Shown here piece after piece: positions 40,701 to 50,107 of a stretch of 64,000 nucleotides of DNA (position 1 is its first letter; the number at the start of each line of letters is the position of its first letter). This DNA is from Iphione sp. A-MEVVRFRX5 (Eukaryota): NCBI GenBank assembly GCA_976226885.1, contig OZ320313.1, forward strand, positions 156,302,001-156,366,000, read 5' to 3'. Both the position numbers and the translations under genes were made by a program. The notes beneath the pieces are model-generated. The model was not told the DNA's origin. It worked only from the letters and a program-made list of their open reading frames with translations, and searched no databases.

Positions 40701-43700
40701 CGGTCTAAATGTTGGGGTGGGGGGAGGGGGCGGATGGTGGGTTTTGGGGGAGAAATGATGCGGGTGGTATGGCTGCAAGCTGATGGATGACTGAGCATAA
40801 AGCACTACTTAGGCCGACACCGTCCCGTCTCCATGCTGATCCATTATACCACAGTCGTGCCATTTTGAAACGTAATTGGCGGTAATGAAATCGGCCGTGA
40901 TTTATGTACGATTGCCATATGCCCCGCCGACTCAAGGGTGGGGGGGGGGGCAATAGTAGAAGCAACCTCCTTCTCAGATGAGCACCCCGAAATGCCACAT
41001 CTGCTCTTGCCTTTTTAAAGACCATTTTATCCATAACGAACAATAATTCATTGCCTATGCCCGAGTATTTATGCCTTTTGTGTGATTCTCCTCCGGCCAG
41101 ACCAATATAGGAACGGCCACTATGGCATGTGCTCCTTATTTTCTTCTCATTGCTTGGCGGTAGATCTAATTCGCTCTTATATTGCTCGCTTTCAGTTGCT
41201 TCGTGGTTAACCCGTACGCCGCTCTGGCCGGTGTGATCGGGCCTATTTTAGTCTGTCTCATGGTGGTCGGTATCGTGTTCATCCAGGCCTTCCAGCTGAC
41301 GCCACAGTGGCAAGCCTACGACGATGTCTACAAGTCCCGCTATAATATCCATGGTAGGTAGCCCTGCACCTGATACCAGTCTCGGTCTTGGCAATGGCGC
41401 AGGTCAGCGACGTGCTGGCAACATGTTGGCCAATCATTGCCACCAATCACGCCTATTTCTCATTTTCTATAACACCATAGCCTACTTTCTCTTTCTGTCC
41501 GTTTCGTAGTGAGTCTCTCTTAAGGCGAGCACTTCTCCCGAAAAATGTACGCGTGTTTTAAAGATAGTGGCCGCACGCGTAGTACCAGAGGGCCTGAAAG
41601 TTTACAGGATAGATATTTATCTGCATACTTCCTATACCTCACATGCTGTCTCACTCACTAAGCCGTGTCAGTATTTGCACTGCGCAGGATTTTTTTCTAC
41701 CGAGACAAGTTCTGTCTGTCCGCCTCAGTTGCCCATTGAATTTGAATTAATTGAGTTGACAAATCCGATCCGTACACACCCAATCAGGCAGAATCAGACC
41801 AAATTCTATGTTCGTAATTGAATAAACAGATCCCCTAGAAAATATAGGTTAGTATTAGAAATATGCCTCCATCCCAAAGGGCTGATAATACAATTATTAA
41901 ATTGCCTAATTGTGATAACATTTCAGCTTCAGAGTCCTGAATATACAATTTTTAAGGGCTGGCTATACTATTATGAACTCCATACCTGACACTCAATATG
42001 ACCAATCATCCCCGAGATGGTGCAAGAAGCAGAACAATTCTCGCTGGACCAACTCACAATTCAGGATGTTGCCAATGTCGTACAACAACTGAGCTGTAGC
42101 AAAGCTTCTTCTGTTACTCAAATCAAAACCAGAATCCTCAAAATTGTTTTGGGGTACACACTTCAATCAATTAACTCACTTACTTAAGAAATCAATTTAT
42201 ACAAGTGCAAAAAAAATCTCAGAACTAAATATTCAAGTGAGCACAGTATGCAGACAACTAGACAAATTGTACAGTATCCCCACAAGTTAGCTAACAACTT
42301 CTCAAACTCAAAACAAATGACCACCAACAGAGGAAGTGGTTTTTATTTATCATAAATAGACATCATAAATATTTAGGGAAAGTGTTCAGTATCACACATT
42401 GATATATATACACATATACACACAGTAGACATACTTTTAAAGACCAACTCACAGGGAGAGTAACCTAGCAAAGAGACCAAAATCCACCAGTCCCAAACTG
42501 TCTGTTTGGGTTAATAATTAACTCACTGGGGAGTCCAACCCGGGAGAGAGACCAAATCCAGCAGTTCCAAGGTTGCTCTCCTGGAGAAGTACCTCTGTGC
42601 AGTCAAACCCCTATTTCTGACCATATCGGTTTGCGACCATTCTCACTAACATGACCACTTGAACCGGGACCCAGAGTCTTCATTTCTATACAATTTAACC
42701 CATATTTTCTACCAAAATCACTATTGCAACCAGTTTTGGTGGGACCAGAGGGATGGTCGGAAATGGGGGTTTGACTGTTTATGGAAACAAAGCATGAATA
42801 TGTACTTCTGAATTGACGGCTTAACTTAAACATTTTGTTCAAATAAGCTCAGATGTCAGTTTGAACGTTGGGAAAGGATGGTACCAAGAAATGTTGCAGT
42901 ATTGTTTCTAAAGGATTTACAGTATAAATGGCTGTAGAACTAATACGTTTAGTCACCATTTCCCAAGAGAACATTCAGGATTCAATAGTTGGATACTATA
43001 CCGCCAAAAATTAAGCACTTTTGTAGCCCAATGTAATGTGCCATCACTCGCCAGCTGCGCTTGGTGTCTCCGAATTTGTAGTTCCTTGAAAATATCAAAA
43101 TTAATACAGTGTACGGTATTTAGAATTGTTGCATAACTTCCATTTAAAGCAGGGAATATACCATAACGATGCAAAGGATCATATAATAGAATTTCACACT
43201 TACGTGAGTTGATGACAAGACGTCGGTTCAATTGATGTATCGTCTTTCACTTCATATGCATCACTGAGAGGTTCGTCGAATGGCACCATTACTGTCATTA
43301 AGCGGCCATGACTAGTTATACACCATTACGTTCCTCTTTAATATTAATTAGGACAACCAGGAGACAGTCGATGACATAAATGTCCTAGTTTAATTTGTTC
43401 AAACGTGTGGGCGGTATGTTTTGGCCTAGCTAGGAAGGCTGGTACGATGATTTAAAAAAAACACAATTTCTTTTTGAATTCACGGGATCTTCTAAAACGT
43501 CACCAATTGTTCTATTGGTCAGCAAATAAGGACGATAAATTCCTGATTTGCTCATCCATATGACGGTTCATATAAGCACAAAATATTAAATAAAAAAAGT
43601 TTATAATCATTGTGAATGACCAATTTACATGGGCTTTAAGTGAACCTTTTGTTTCACCGACCCTGTCTGCACAAAGGCCTAATGCAGAGCGATTGTAAGC

Positions 43701-46700
43701 CTACGCAGAATCAATCATCCTTTCTGCTTGAATGAAAGAGAAGTACAAAAAGGACGCCATGAAATGTGATTAATATCTTGGTCGACTTCTGAAGAGACAA
43801 CAATAAAAAAGAAACAATGACTGCTTGTCTTTTGAGTGTAGCTGGGCTGGTTGTGGTGATGAGCCCTGTTATGCTCACATTTGTGGACCTTGTCCTTTCA
43901 TTAGGCAACTCTCCAATGTGCTTTACCCTCATTTGCGCATTGTCGTACTGTATTTCTCTGGGGTTTTACTTATTTTACTTTTGCCAGTGAATTAACCAAT
44001 TCAAAGGCGTTACATGAAGAAGATTGTTGTAAAGTGTGTGTGTGTGGAGGGGGGGGGGTATTCCTCAAGAGGTAAAGCCGTCAGGAGTAACATCAAATCT
44101 TTCGCGTCCCACTTGGTTCTACATTGGAAAAATTATACAAAATATTCGCGTTAATTTCTGTGGCTCCTGTGGATTTGAAAAGAAATTTTTGAATGCGCGT
44201 TTATGAATTCACAATAAAAGAGGTGTTTACTTTGTAACTTTCTCAAAAGGTACCATTATTCCCTCGCTTTACAAAAAGACCTTCGTTTCTATGACATTGA
44301 TTTTTGCGCAGTTGCCTTACGCCAAATCCATCGTTATCTCTTTCTCGCTGCAGAAATCCGGTGGCTGCTGCTCTTCTGGGCGATGGTGGTGTTGACATGG
44401 CTGTGGGGAGGCCTACATATGGCCTACGGACAACCGTGGATGCTCATTCTATTCTGCCTGTTCAACGTGGCCGTCGTAAGTCGATCAGCAATCGTTATTC
44501 TCTTTTTAAGCCTGCCCCAGGAGGATGAATTCCTCCTGATCATCAGTCTTAGTCTACGTACATCGCACCTGGTAATTGATGACCCCTGATTCGCTGGAGG
44601 TGTGGGGAGGGGGATTCGACCTTCATGCATTATCAAACTGGCAAGTGGTTCTTTCTGTTAAGGTCGATTTACAATGCACTCGGTGTAAAAGGAATGAAGG
44701 GGCTCTTCCCGCAAGTAATTAGCTTAGTCCGTTGAAATGAAAAAATATAAATTCGTTTTTCAGTATTGTTTTTTGTCTTGGTGAACTTACCGCCTTGTAG
44801 AGCAAGTTGCATTATATATCTATGGGGGGGATGTGTGCGCGCGCACCTTGCTGGCAATATCCTACAAAAGCACTAACGACCGGACAACCGTGAGGAGGCC
44901 TAAATGACAGTCACTGTCGGCCATGGGAGGAACACACAATAGAGTGATCATACAGAGTAGATATATCAGGATCCTCTCACATTAATGTATGAGGGACGAG
45001 TGGGAAGTGGCTGGCTGTGAGTAGTACCCCCTACTGTCGGTGTCCGCCTACTTCTCCATACCTCCTGCCATCCTGATTCCTCTTAGTCTGGGAACATCTA
45101 TATTTTATGGCTTGTGTCGTACAGCCCGTCTGTGGGGGACAGACCACAGGACAAAGAAAACACGAAGGGGGTTTCAAAGCAAAAACTAGGGTGAAAGCAG
45201 GAGAAGACTCAGGAAACCAGTTTTCTGGACTGTGAATCTCCAAGTAAAATCCTAAAATTGTGCAATCGATGGAATACATTTAAGAGTAAGCAGCATTTTC
45301 GAGTGACCAGTTATTGAAGGTGCTGAACCAGCGTGATACACAACCTGTTACTTGTGACTTACAGAAGTGTACTTGCCGCTGAATTTATGCTATCGTCTTA
45401 ATTTGCATGCAGCGAAACTGCCCTCCGTTTGAAAATGTACCAAGATCGTGAGATCTTTTGGATGGTCTTATAAAGAAATACGCAAGGACAGACAGAATGA
45501 AATGGTTGCGTGCTCAATATTCTCATTGAGAACACAGTTGTGTACCTATCGCATCGTACTGTCCTTCAGTATACCTGTCCATTATCGAAGATTGTCATTG
45601 ATTGACACCTGACACCAAACCCACCCCACCCCCCCGACGCCCCCCGACGCACCTGATGGAACCCTAGAGTCTTTGTACTATCTCTACTCCTCCCTGGCCT
45701 GAAGAACCTGATCCCCCCATATTCAAATAGTGCTGCTTAGTAGTAGCTGACTGCCCCTCCAGAACGCAGTCGGAGTGGCGCAGGTTCGGATTACAGGTGG
45801 GCCTCATCAACGCAAGCTGCTGAAAGCACCCAGTTCTGTTACATTCTCGCAATGTCAGCACATCCTCATATTTCATCAGGGACGCAGCCAGATGATGATA
45901 TATTGTGTTCCCCGCCTTTCTCTCGTCCATTCACTGTTTTTTGTTCATGTTCTTTCTTGTTTTCGCTATCTGTAGACCTGTCTGTCTGTCTTCCGGTATG
46001 TCGCTGTCTCTCTGCTTCCTACTGCCTCTGTTTCTTGGTCAGGCTTTTACTCCATACCTTCGACCTCTTCGGCTTTCACTTTCCTTACAGTTATATTCTT
46101 CTACATATTGGTTCGACACGCACTAGTACATTCCGTATTTCCACCTGTGTCATCTTTCCACGTAGCAGACCTTGTCGTATCTTATTTTGTAATTAGCATG
46201 AAAGACACATCCTTTTGATCGCTCTCAACTGCCTCTCAAAACTGTTCTTTTACTTCTCTTCTCCTAATATCCTCCCAGTAATGAAGAACAATTTCTGACG
46301 CATACAGCATCCGCATTTTAAGTATATTCTATTTGTGCTACAATGTATATGTGTCTGTAACTATCGTGCCAAGTCCATGAGGTTCCTCCAACGATTAGTT
46401 CACTGTAATACCAAACTAATCAAGAGTAAATACATGTATTTAATACTGGATCTGTCGAAAGAGAATGGAAGCATGTCTAAGTCCATTCATTACATTTGTT
46501 ATGAATGATATTTGTTTTTACTGAAGTGGCATATTATTAGCCGCTTTAATGTTATTATTTAGATTTGATATTGCTCCGGTAGGACGTTTACGTGTATTGA
46601 GTCCTAATAAAATTACGATCTTAATTAAAAGACGAAAATCTATAAATTAATTTACAAAACTGATGTATGTTACTTTGATCTATATTAATTCCTATCATGC

Positions 46701-49322
46701 TTTGTAGATCGCACATTAAGCCGATGCTAATCACTGCAATACAATCAAAGAATCAAAATAGCCTCATTCATGTTTGAATCCTTCTAATCAGTCTCCGGTT
46801 GGCTCTCCCGCTTGTATAAAGTGACAGATAATAATGATGATGAATGCATGTCTCTCCCTCAACATTCGCTAACTAAGAAGCACGAATCCAATTGCTGCTC
46901 CAGGGTTTGTATGCGCTGATTGTCTACTCCATCCTACGCAACCCATGCCGACCGTGCCTGAGGCCACAAAAGTCCACCACCTATGCTGTTAACTACGGAC
47001 CGAGCGAGATAGGCGAACCATTGCCCTTCCAGCCCGTTACCCTCCCATCGCTAGCCGGCAGCGTCAAAGGTTCGCGGGCTTCGTTGATCAACGATGTGAG
47101 TATCTCAGTCGACTCAGTGACGTTTTTTTTCCTAATTTGAAATGATGTGTACTCTCTTTCGGTATTATGACTGGGAAAACTATAAATCGATAGCATAATA
47201 CTCATAGAGCTGATACTGCTATCTTTAAAAAGACAAATGGTGGACAAATAAATCTGGCGTGTCCATGAGTGTGGTGCATGTACTTTGAATTGAGGGATAG
47301 ATTGTAAAATTTAACTAATTTTTTAACATGAAATGAGTACTTTAATCTTAAACACTATGGCTATTGCTAGAATATGACTAATCAGTTCAGTAAAACACAT
47401 TATGCTTGAATTTTCCATTGGTTCAGTCTGGTAATAGTACATTCGTTCAGCCTCTCCACACTTTGCTCAATACTTATATCAAGTCTTCACGTATTAGAAC
47501 AGTGAATGCAACCGCATCTAGACCTGAAATGTTCAATTTTAGTTATGGTGTAGAAGTTTTTTTCTTGCTGGTTAGAAAATAAATCACATTGCACTGCCAA
47601 ATCTCAAAGTGAACCGAAACCAACGTTTTAACTGGATCTAAAGAGGGCAAAGATCATAGAGAAATGGTAGATGGAGGCGGGGAATGGAATTGCAGGCATA
47701 GGTGGAGTTAATTACTTATAAAGACATCCGTAATTAAGGGTGTGAGATAGTAATATCACGTACCAATCATTAATTACGAATCTGGGTCTTTTAGGAAGCA
47801 TACATAACAAAAAAAAACTGAAAGATAATGAAGAGATCATTGACAATTCGGATTCAGATCGACAGGAATTTTCGGACTGAAAACAGGCTTAGCTCGAAGG
47901 CCTTGTTCCTTAATTCGCGCGGCAACACGATACAATTAATGGTCTTACCATGTCACAAGCAACGTAGCTGAGAAACTGGCACGGGGCATGCGACACTCAT
48001 TAGTAAGACACACGCAATTTTTGTCCATTTGTACGATATTTTTATCATGAGGGTGGCCATCTGTATTCATGGCTAACAGAGAGGCCTACATTTAGCGTGT
48101 GAGGTATTGTTTGGTTCGCTTAACGCAGTGATTCAATCATCTTTAATCATCCATTGTGAAACCGATCTCAAATAAAGAATGTATAAGTATGTCGATAGTT
48201 AAGAATGTCTCCTCATTCATCATAACTGGTTTGATACATTGAATTTTGTACCGATAGCCACTTCTATGAGACTCTTTTTATATACTACTGAGAGATGCTA
48301 CTGGTTGATATTCCGGTCTTATCCATCATGTAACGGGGGGGGGGTGTTTATAAGTGCTAACTAGGCAGTACATATAGACAATTCTTGAATTATGAAAATA
48401 ATGTCTCGGGTTTTGGTCAAACTACACATGGTCAGATAACCATCTAGTTCCCTACATTTTTTTGTATATAAATTGCCCTTCTTAGCCATCAGACGAAAAA
48501 TATAGTAAACTCAGCATTTATTTATGCCTTTTCAGTCATAACTACTTAAAATAGGTCAAATGCTAATAAAAATTCGTTATTGTTGTGATGAATCCCGACT
48601 CTCATATTCTTATTATTGTACAAAGAAAATCAGTCATGTGTGCGAGTAGCGGAGTTAGCCACGATGTGACTTTCAGGCACGCTCAGGAAATGTGTTGCGC
48701 TAGCATGACAGATTATTCATGCAAACTGCCCTCCAGGTCTAAGGTCATAGCTGCATTCCCGCCATTGTAAAAAGAAAGAATAGTGACTGTATTACTCACC
48801 CTCTACGCTCCTTATCAACAGTTTAGGAATTGATGTCTTTCATTATGCGAGTCACTTACATGGATGGTTTTGATGACATGTACGATTTTTTTCCATTCGC
48901 AATTCATTTTTGTATCAGTATACCTACGTAATTCAATAGGCAGGACAAATCACACTCGGTAACTGTTGCCTCTGTGCTTGCCTCTTCCCCAGGCCTGGGA
49001 GAAAGAGTCAATTCACGCCGGTATCAACAGCAGTGCGCTAAGAGTGAAGCGGTCGCCGGTCAACGGAAACGTCTTCGTCGTGCCCTCCCCGCCTTACGAC
49101 ACCAAGCCCACCACCCCTCGGGTGCCGTCCACCGTCACCGCCGGCCCGGTCACCGACCACGACTCACAGGACTTCGATGAGCTCATCTTCGCGCTCAAGA
49201 CGGGAGGTGGCTACACGCCGAGCGACTCGAGCCACCCGCCCCACCCCAACGAGCTGCCCGATCCGGGCGCCGAACCCAACTATGAGATGCGGCGCATCTC
49301 CATCGCAGACACGCATTTGTGA
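318..49322 (+). CDS. ADGRV1: Adhesion GPCR V1 (VLGR1/GPR98), 5'-partial; 47 coding exons in window (listed separately)
   Basis: All exons are flanked by AG/GT and the phases chain without a break (7680 nt incl. stop). Repeated Calx-beta motifs (ND.P.G.F.F; R..G..G.V.V.W; DD..PE.DE.F), a GPS, 7TM segments resembling vertebrate ADGRV1 ([38 protein letters not shown]) and C-terminal IADTHL. Confidence 0.97.
805..976 (+). CDS. ADGRV1: ADGRV1 exon w2
   Basis: [21 protein letters not shown]...[13 protein letters not shown]; phase 1-2. Confidence 0.93.
1429..1558 (+). CDS. ADGRV1: ADGRV1 exon w3
   Basis: [22 protein letters not shown]...IEITILS; phase 2-0. Confidence 0.92.
1612..1660. repeat. Imperfect (TATG)n microsatellite
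   Basis: Seen directly; a similar tract lies at 5744-5772. Confidence 0.85.
2038..2211 (+). CDS. ADGRV1: ADGRV1 exon w4
   Basis: [19 protein letters not shown]...[15 protein letters not shown]; phase 0-0. Confidence 0.93.
2561..2791 (+). CDS. ADGRV1: ADGRV1 exon w5
   Basis: [33 protein letters not shown]...DDTIAEELQ; phase 0-0. Confidence 0.92.
2999..3124 (+). CDS. ADGRV1: ADGRV1 exon w6
   Basis: [17 protein letters not shown]...[15 protein letters not shown]; phase 0-0. Confidence 0.93.
3327..3491 (+). CDS. ADGRV1: ADGRV1 exon w7
   Basis: [33 protein letters not shown]...LLFTS; phase 0-0. Confidence 0.9.
3841..4026 (+). CDS. ADGRV1: ADGRV1 exon w8
   Basis: [27 protein letters not shown]...[14 protein letters not shown]; phase 0-0. 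Confidence 0.92.
4486..4683 (+). CDS. ADGRV1: ADGRV1 exon w9
   Basis: SQFLMVGEP...[14 protein letters not shown]...AIVILQ; phase 0-0. Confidence 0.92.
5006..5194 (+). CDS. ADGRV1: ADGRV1 exon w10
   Basis: [17 protein letters not shown]...[11 protein letters not shown]...DSIQ; phase 0-0. Confidence 0.93.
5436..5683 (+). CDS. ADGRV1: ADGRV1 exon w11
   Basis: [19 protein letters not shown]...[15 protein letters not shown]; phase 0-2. Confidence 0.93.
6008..6153 (+). CDS. ADGRV1: ADGRV1 exon w12
   Basis: [19 protein letters not shown]...[11 protein letters not shown]; phase 2-1. Confidence 0.91.
6984..7226 (+). CDS. ADGRV1: ADGRV1 exon w13
   Basis: [21 protein letters not shown]...[19 protein letters not shown]; phase 1-1. 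Confidence 0.93.
8680..9023. mobile_element. PIF/Harbinger-type MITE (344 bp)
   Basis: 15-bp TIRs GACTGGGTTTCCATG / CATGGAAACCCAGCC (1 mismatch); TAA target duplication on both sides. Confidence 0.75.
11460..11880 (+). promoter_or_regulatory. Putative internal promoter/5'UTR of short ADGRV1 isoform
   Basis: GC- and CpG-rich block inside AT-rich intron. Contains TGACGTGA (~11480), CCGCCCCAAT (~11496), CCACGTGG (~11569) and GGGGTGGGGCG / GGGCGG boxes, and ends at the ATG exon. Confidence 0.55.
11881..12016 (+). CDS. ADGRV1: Putative alternative first coding exon of a short ADGRV1 isoform (signal peptide)
   Basis: ggaggATGG start; [45 protein letters not shown](G); 136 nt; donor CAAG|gtaaac in phase 1, matching the phase-1 acceptor of exon w14. 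Confidence 0.7.
12632..12807 (+). CDS. ADGRV1: ADGRV1 exon w14
   Basis: [26 protein letters not shown]...[10 protein letters not shown]; phase 1-0. Confidence 0.94.
12849..13180. repeat. (CTT)n microsatellite (about 13 units) followed by a polypyrimidine/(CTC,CTG) low-complexity tract
   Basis: Seen directly; explains the spurious ORFs at 12585-13283. Confidence 0.95.
13681..13959 (+). CDS. ADGRV1: ADGRV1 exon w15
   Basis: [20 protein letters not shown]...GNNFTLI; phase 0-0. Confidence 0.92.
14252..14395 (+). CDS. ADGRV1: ADGRV1 exon w16 (absent from ORF track)
   Basis: tttgtag|[26 protein letters not shown]...[10 protein letters not shown]|gtaagt; phase 0-0. Confidence 0.92.
15168..15394 (+). 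CDS. ADGRV1: ADGRV1 exon w17
   Basis: [22 protein letters not shown]...[14 protein letters not shown]; phase 0-2. Confidence 0.93.
15855..16014 (+). CDS. ADGRV1: ADGRV1 exon w18
   Basis: [11 protein letters not shown]...[19 protein letters not shown]; phase 2-0. Confidence 0.93.
17484..17646 (+). CDS. ADGRV1: ADGRV1 exon w19
   Basis: [29 protein letters not shown]; phase 0-1. Confidence 0.9.
18064..18177 (+). CDS. ADGRV1: ADGRV1 exon w20
   Basis: [28 protein letters not shown]...VDE; phase 1-1. Confidence 0.91.
18625..18806 (+). CDS. ADGRV1: ADGRV1 exon w21
   Basis: [21 protein letters not shown]...SFKVQ; phase 1-0. Confidence 0.91.
19407..20006. mobile_element. PIF/Harbinger-type non-autonomous element (600 bp) with internal tandem repeats
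   Basis: Perfect 13-bp TIRs GGGTCGGTTTCCT / AGGAAACCGACCC; TTA duplication at 19404-19406 and 20007-20009. Confidence 0.8.
19689..19861. repeat. About 2.8 copies of a 61-62 bp minisatellite
   Basis: Units start at 19689, 19751 and 19812; shared core GTGAAATTCAC...CACTATTCC.ATCAA. Confidence 0.9.
20099..20290 (+). CDS. ADGRV1: ADGRV1 exon w22
   Basis: [15 protein letters not shown]...[20 protein letters not shown]; phase 0-0. Confidence 0.9.
21173..21201. repeat. 13-bp tandem duplication
   Basis: GTCTACGTGGCTA x2. Confidence 0.9.
21251..21412 (+). CDS. ADGRV1: ADGRV1 exon w23
   Basis: [32 protein letters not shown]; phase 0-0. Confidence 0.93.
21698..21785 (+). CDS. ADGRV1: ADGRV1 exon w24
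   Basis: [20 protein letters not shown]; phase 0-1. Confidence 0.92.
22152..22310 (+). CDS. ADGRV1: ADGRV1 exon w25
   Basis: [26 protein letters not shown]...FTIVRT; phase 1-1. Confidence 0.93.
22727..22917 (+). CDS. ADGRV1: ADGRV1 exon w26
   Basis: [19 protein letters not shown]...[13 protein letters not shown]; phase 1-0. Confidence 0.93.
23201..23341 (+). CDS. ADGRV1: ADGRV1 exon w27
   Basis: [28 protein letters not shown]...DNGRR; phase 0-0. Confidence 0.92.
24296..24451 (+). CDS. ADGRV1: ADGRV1 exon w28
   Basis: [19 protein letters not shown]...[11 protein letters not shown]; phase 0-0. Confidence 0.92.
24756..24908 (+). CDS. ADGRV1: ADGRV1 exon w29
   Basis: [12 protein letters not shown]...[18 protein letters not shown]; phase 0-0. 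Confidence 0.92.
25241..25386 (+). CDS. ADGRV1: ADGRV1 exon w30
   Basis: [12 protein letters not shown]...[15 protein letters not shown]; phase 0-2. Confidence 0.93.
26171..26378 (+). CDS. ADGRV1: ADGRV1 exon w31 (absent from ORF track)
   Basis: [19 protein letters not shown]...[20 protein letters not shown]; phase 2-0. Confidence 0.9.
26421..26474. repeat. 27-bp tandem duplication
   Basis: TAGGCATTCTCCAACT(C/T)TGTAT(T/A)GCAT x2. Confidence 0.9.
26905..27008 (+). CDS. ADGRV1: ADGRV1 exon w32
   Basis: [34 protein letters not shown]; phase 0-2. Confidence 0.91.
27549..27656 (+). CDS. ADGRV1: ADGRV1 exon w33 (end of Calx-beta array)
   Basis: [22 protein letters not shown]; phase 2-2. Confidence 0.9.
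28430..28537 (+). CDS. ADGRV1: ADGRV1 exon w34 (helical GAIN-A-like region)
   Basis: [35 protein letters not shown]; phase 2-2. Confidence 0.87.
28720..28772. repeat. (GA)n/(GAAA)n microsatellite
   Basis: Seen directly. Confidence 0.95.
29158..29328 (+). CDS. ADGRV1: ADGRV1 exon w35
   Basis: [27 protein letters not shown]...TEFDCDQCC; phase 2-2. Confidence 0.9.
30815..30977 (+). CDS. ADGRV1: ADGRV1 exon w36
   Basis: [43 protein letters not shown]; phase 2-0. Confidence 0.9.
32283..32363 (+). CDS. ADGRV1: ADGRV1 exon w37
   Basis: [27 protein letters not shown]; phase 0-0. Confidence 0.9.
32939..33042 (+). CDS. ADGRV1: ADGRV1 exon w38
   Basis: [24 protein letters not shown]; phase 0-2. Confidence 0.92.
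35562..35760 (+). CDS. ADGRV1: ADGRV1 exon w39: GPS motif and start of TM1
   Basis: [16 protein letters not shown]...[12 protein letters not shown]...[10 protein letters not shown]; phase 2-0. Confidence 0.96.
35977..36030. repeat. (GA)n-rich microsatellite
   Basis: Seen directly. Confidence 0.9.
37154..37258 (+). CDS. ADGRV1: ADGRV1 exon w40 (TM1-TM2)
   Basis: [35 protein letters not shown]; phase 0-0. Confidence 0.93.
37830..37970 (+). CDS. ADGRV1: ADGRV1 exon w41 (TM2-TM3)
   Basis: [11 protein letters not shown]...[22 protein letters not shown]; phase 0-0. Confidence 0.95.
38432..38513 (+). CDS. ADGRV1: ADGRV1 exon w42 (ICL2-TM4)
   Basis: [27 protein letters not shown]; phase 0-1. Confidence 0.95.
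39118..39226. mobile_element. Tc1/mariner-type foldback MITE (109 bp)
   Basis: TA|CAG...CTG|TA ends; perfect 21-bp arms 39129-39149 / 39195-39215 and 10-bp arms 39151-39160 / 39176-39185. Confidence 0.8.
39950..40535 (+). mobile_element. Degenerate 3' fragment of a non-LTR retrotransposon
   Basis: C/T-rich coding-like relic. C-x2-(F)-x7-H-x4-C knuckle-like peptide [18 protein letters not shown] at 40343-40396; ends in an A9 run. Confidence 0.45.
40556..40670 (+). CDS. ADGRV1: ADGRV1 exon w43 (TM4-ECL2)
   Basis: [19 protein letters not shown]...[10 protein letters not shown]; phase 1-2. Confidence 0.93.
41196..41353 (+). CDS. ADGRV1: ADGRV1 exon w44 (TM5-ICL3)
   Basis: [50 protein letters not shown]; phase 2-1. 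Confidence 0.95.
42005..42190 (+). mobile_element. LINE (CR1/L2-like) ORF2 relic, region just before the RT core
   Basis: Translates [35 protein letters not shown], resembling F...IT..EV...L..L...KA.G.D.I....LK; a stop follows. Confidence 0.6.
42600..42777. mobile_element. MITE with CAGTCAAACC TIRs (178 bp)
   Basis: 23-bp TIRs 42600-42622 / 42755-42777 with 2 mismatches; TA duplication not intact. Confidence 0.7.
44354..44475 (+). CDS. ADGRV1: ADGRV1 exon w45 (TM6-TM7)
   Basis: [41 protein letters not shown]; phase 1-0. Confidence 0.95.
46904..47095 (+). CDS. ADGRV1: ADGRV1 exon w46 (TM7 end, cytoplasmic tail)
   Basis: [18 protein letters not shown]...[13 protein letters not shown]; phase 0-0. 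Confidence 0.93.
48993..49322 (+). CDS. ADGRV1: ADGRV1 last coding exon w47 with PDZ-binding motif
   Basis: AWEKES...[14 protein letters not shown]...[12 protein letters not shown]; TGA at 49320-49322. Confidence 0.95.
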   Translation, partial: AWEKESIHAGINSSALRVKRSPVNGNVFVVPSPPYDTKPTTPRVPSTVTAGPVTDHDSQDFDELIFALKTGGGYTPSDSSHPPHPNELPDPGAEPNYEMRRISIADTHL

Positions 49323-50107
49323 ATAGATTATGTACATGTAAATCGAAGCTCTCGTTTGGCAAACCCACTTTTCATTTCATATTTCATGAGGATTGAAAAC
49401 ATCTATCTAATAATGAATTCTGCTGTAAAATGGAGCTTTTCTTCTGCTGCCCCCGTCCATATTATTTCACCGACAAGAAGGAGCTGCTCTCCCGCATCAC
49501 CACAGGTTGAATAGTGAGTGTTTACATCGCATCTACAGCTCAACTAACAAGGAGCTCGAGTCATTATTGTCTGTGCTCGTCCCACGCAAAGTATTGACAG
49601 AAAATTCCGATATCAATCTGCTGCTGATATGCTATAAGGTACAATGCTTCGTGCTCCTGTAGTACGACCCGTAGAAAGGCTGCTTATGTAAGAAATCCCC
49701 TTTTAAATTACGACACTCAAAATGGTTGAATTTCACAAACGTCTGCACAGAGGCAATCTTCTCAAGGTGCATTTATAATCACTACATATCGTTCGTCCAA
49801 TTACATGCTGACATTTGTACCGGATGCAGTGTCCATGTGTACTTAGGCGCCTTCAGGGAGAAATTCGAGATCGTTGGGTCAGCATGTGGCCTGCAGGTGG
49901 TCTTCTTAATAGCTGTCTGTCGGGTGACGGATCAGGTCTTGAATCAGACAGTCAAAAACGGATGGGGATTGATCACTTGATGGAACTAACCAATGGTTGT
50001 TGTACACCTGGACATCACCAATTACAATGTACAGAAGTAATGTTTTCAAAGTTGATGACTAACAGTGGACCAAGCAACGCACACATGCACATATAGACAC
50101 TGTATGA

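Noticed and set aside
42953-43231. Minus-strand ORF with [11 protein letters not shown], resembling a LINE RT C-terminal motif
   Set aside because: The following YLG and W..H motifs are not recognisable; too weak to call.
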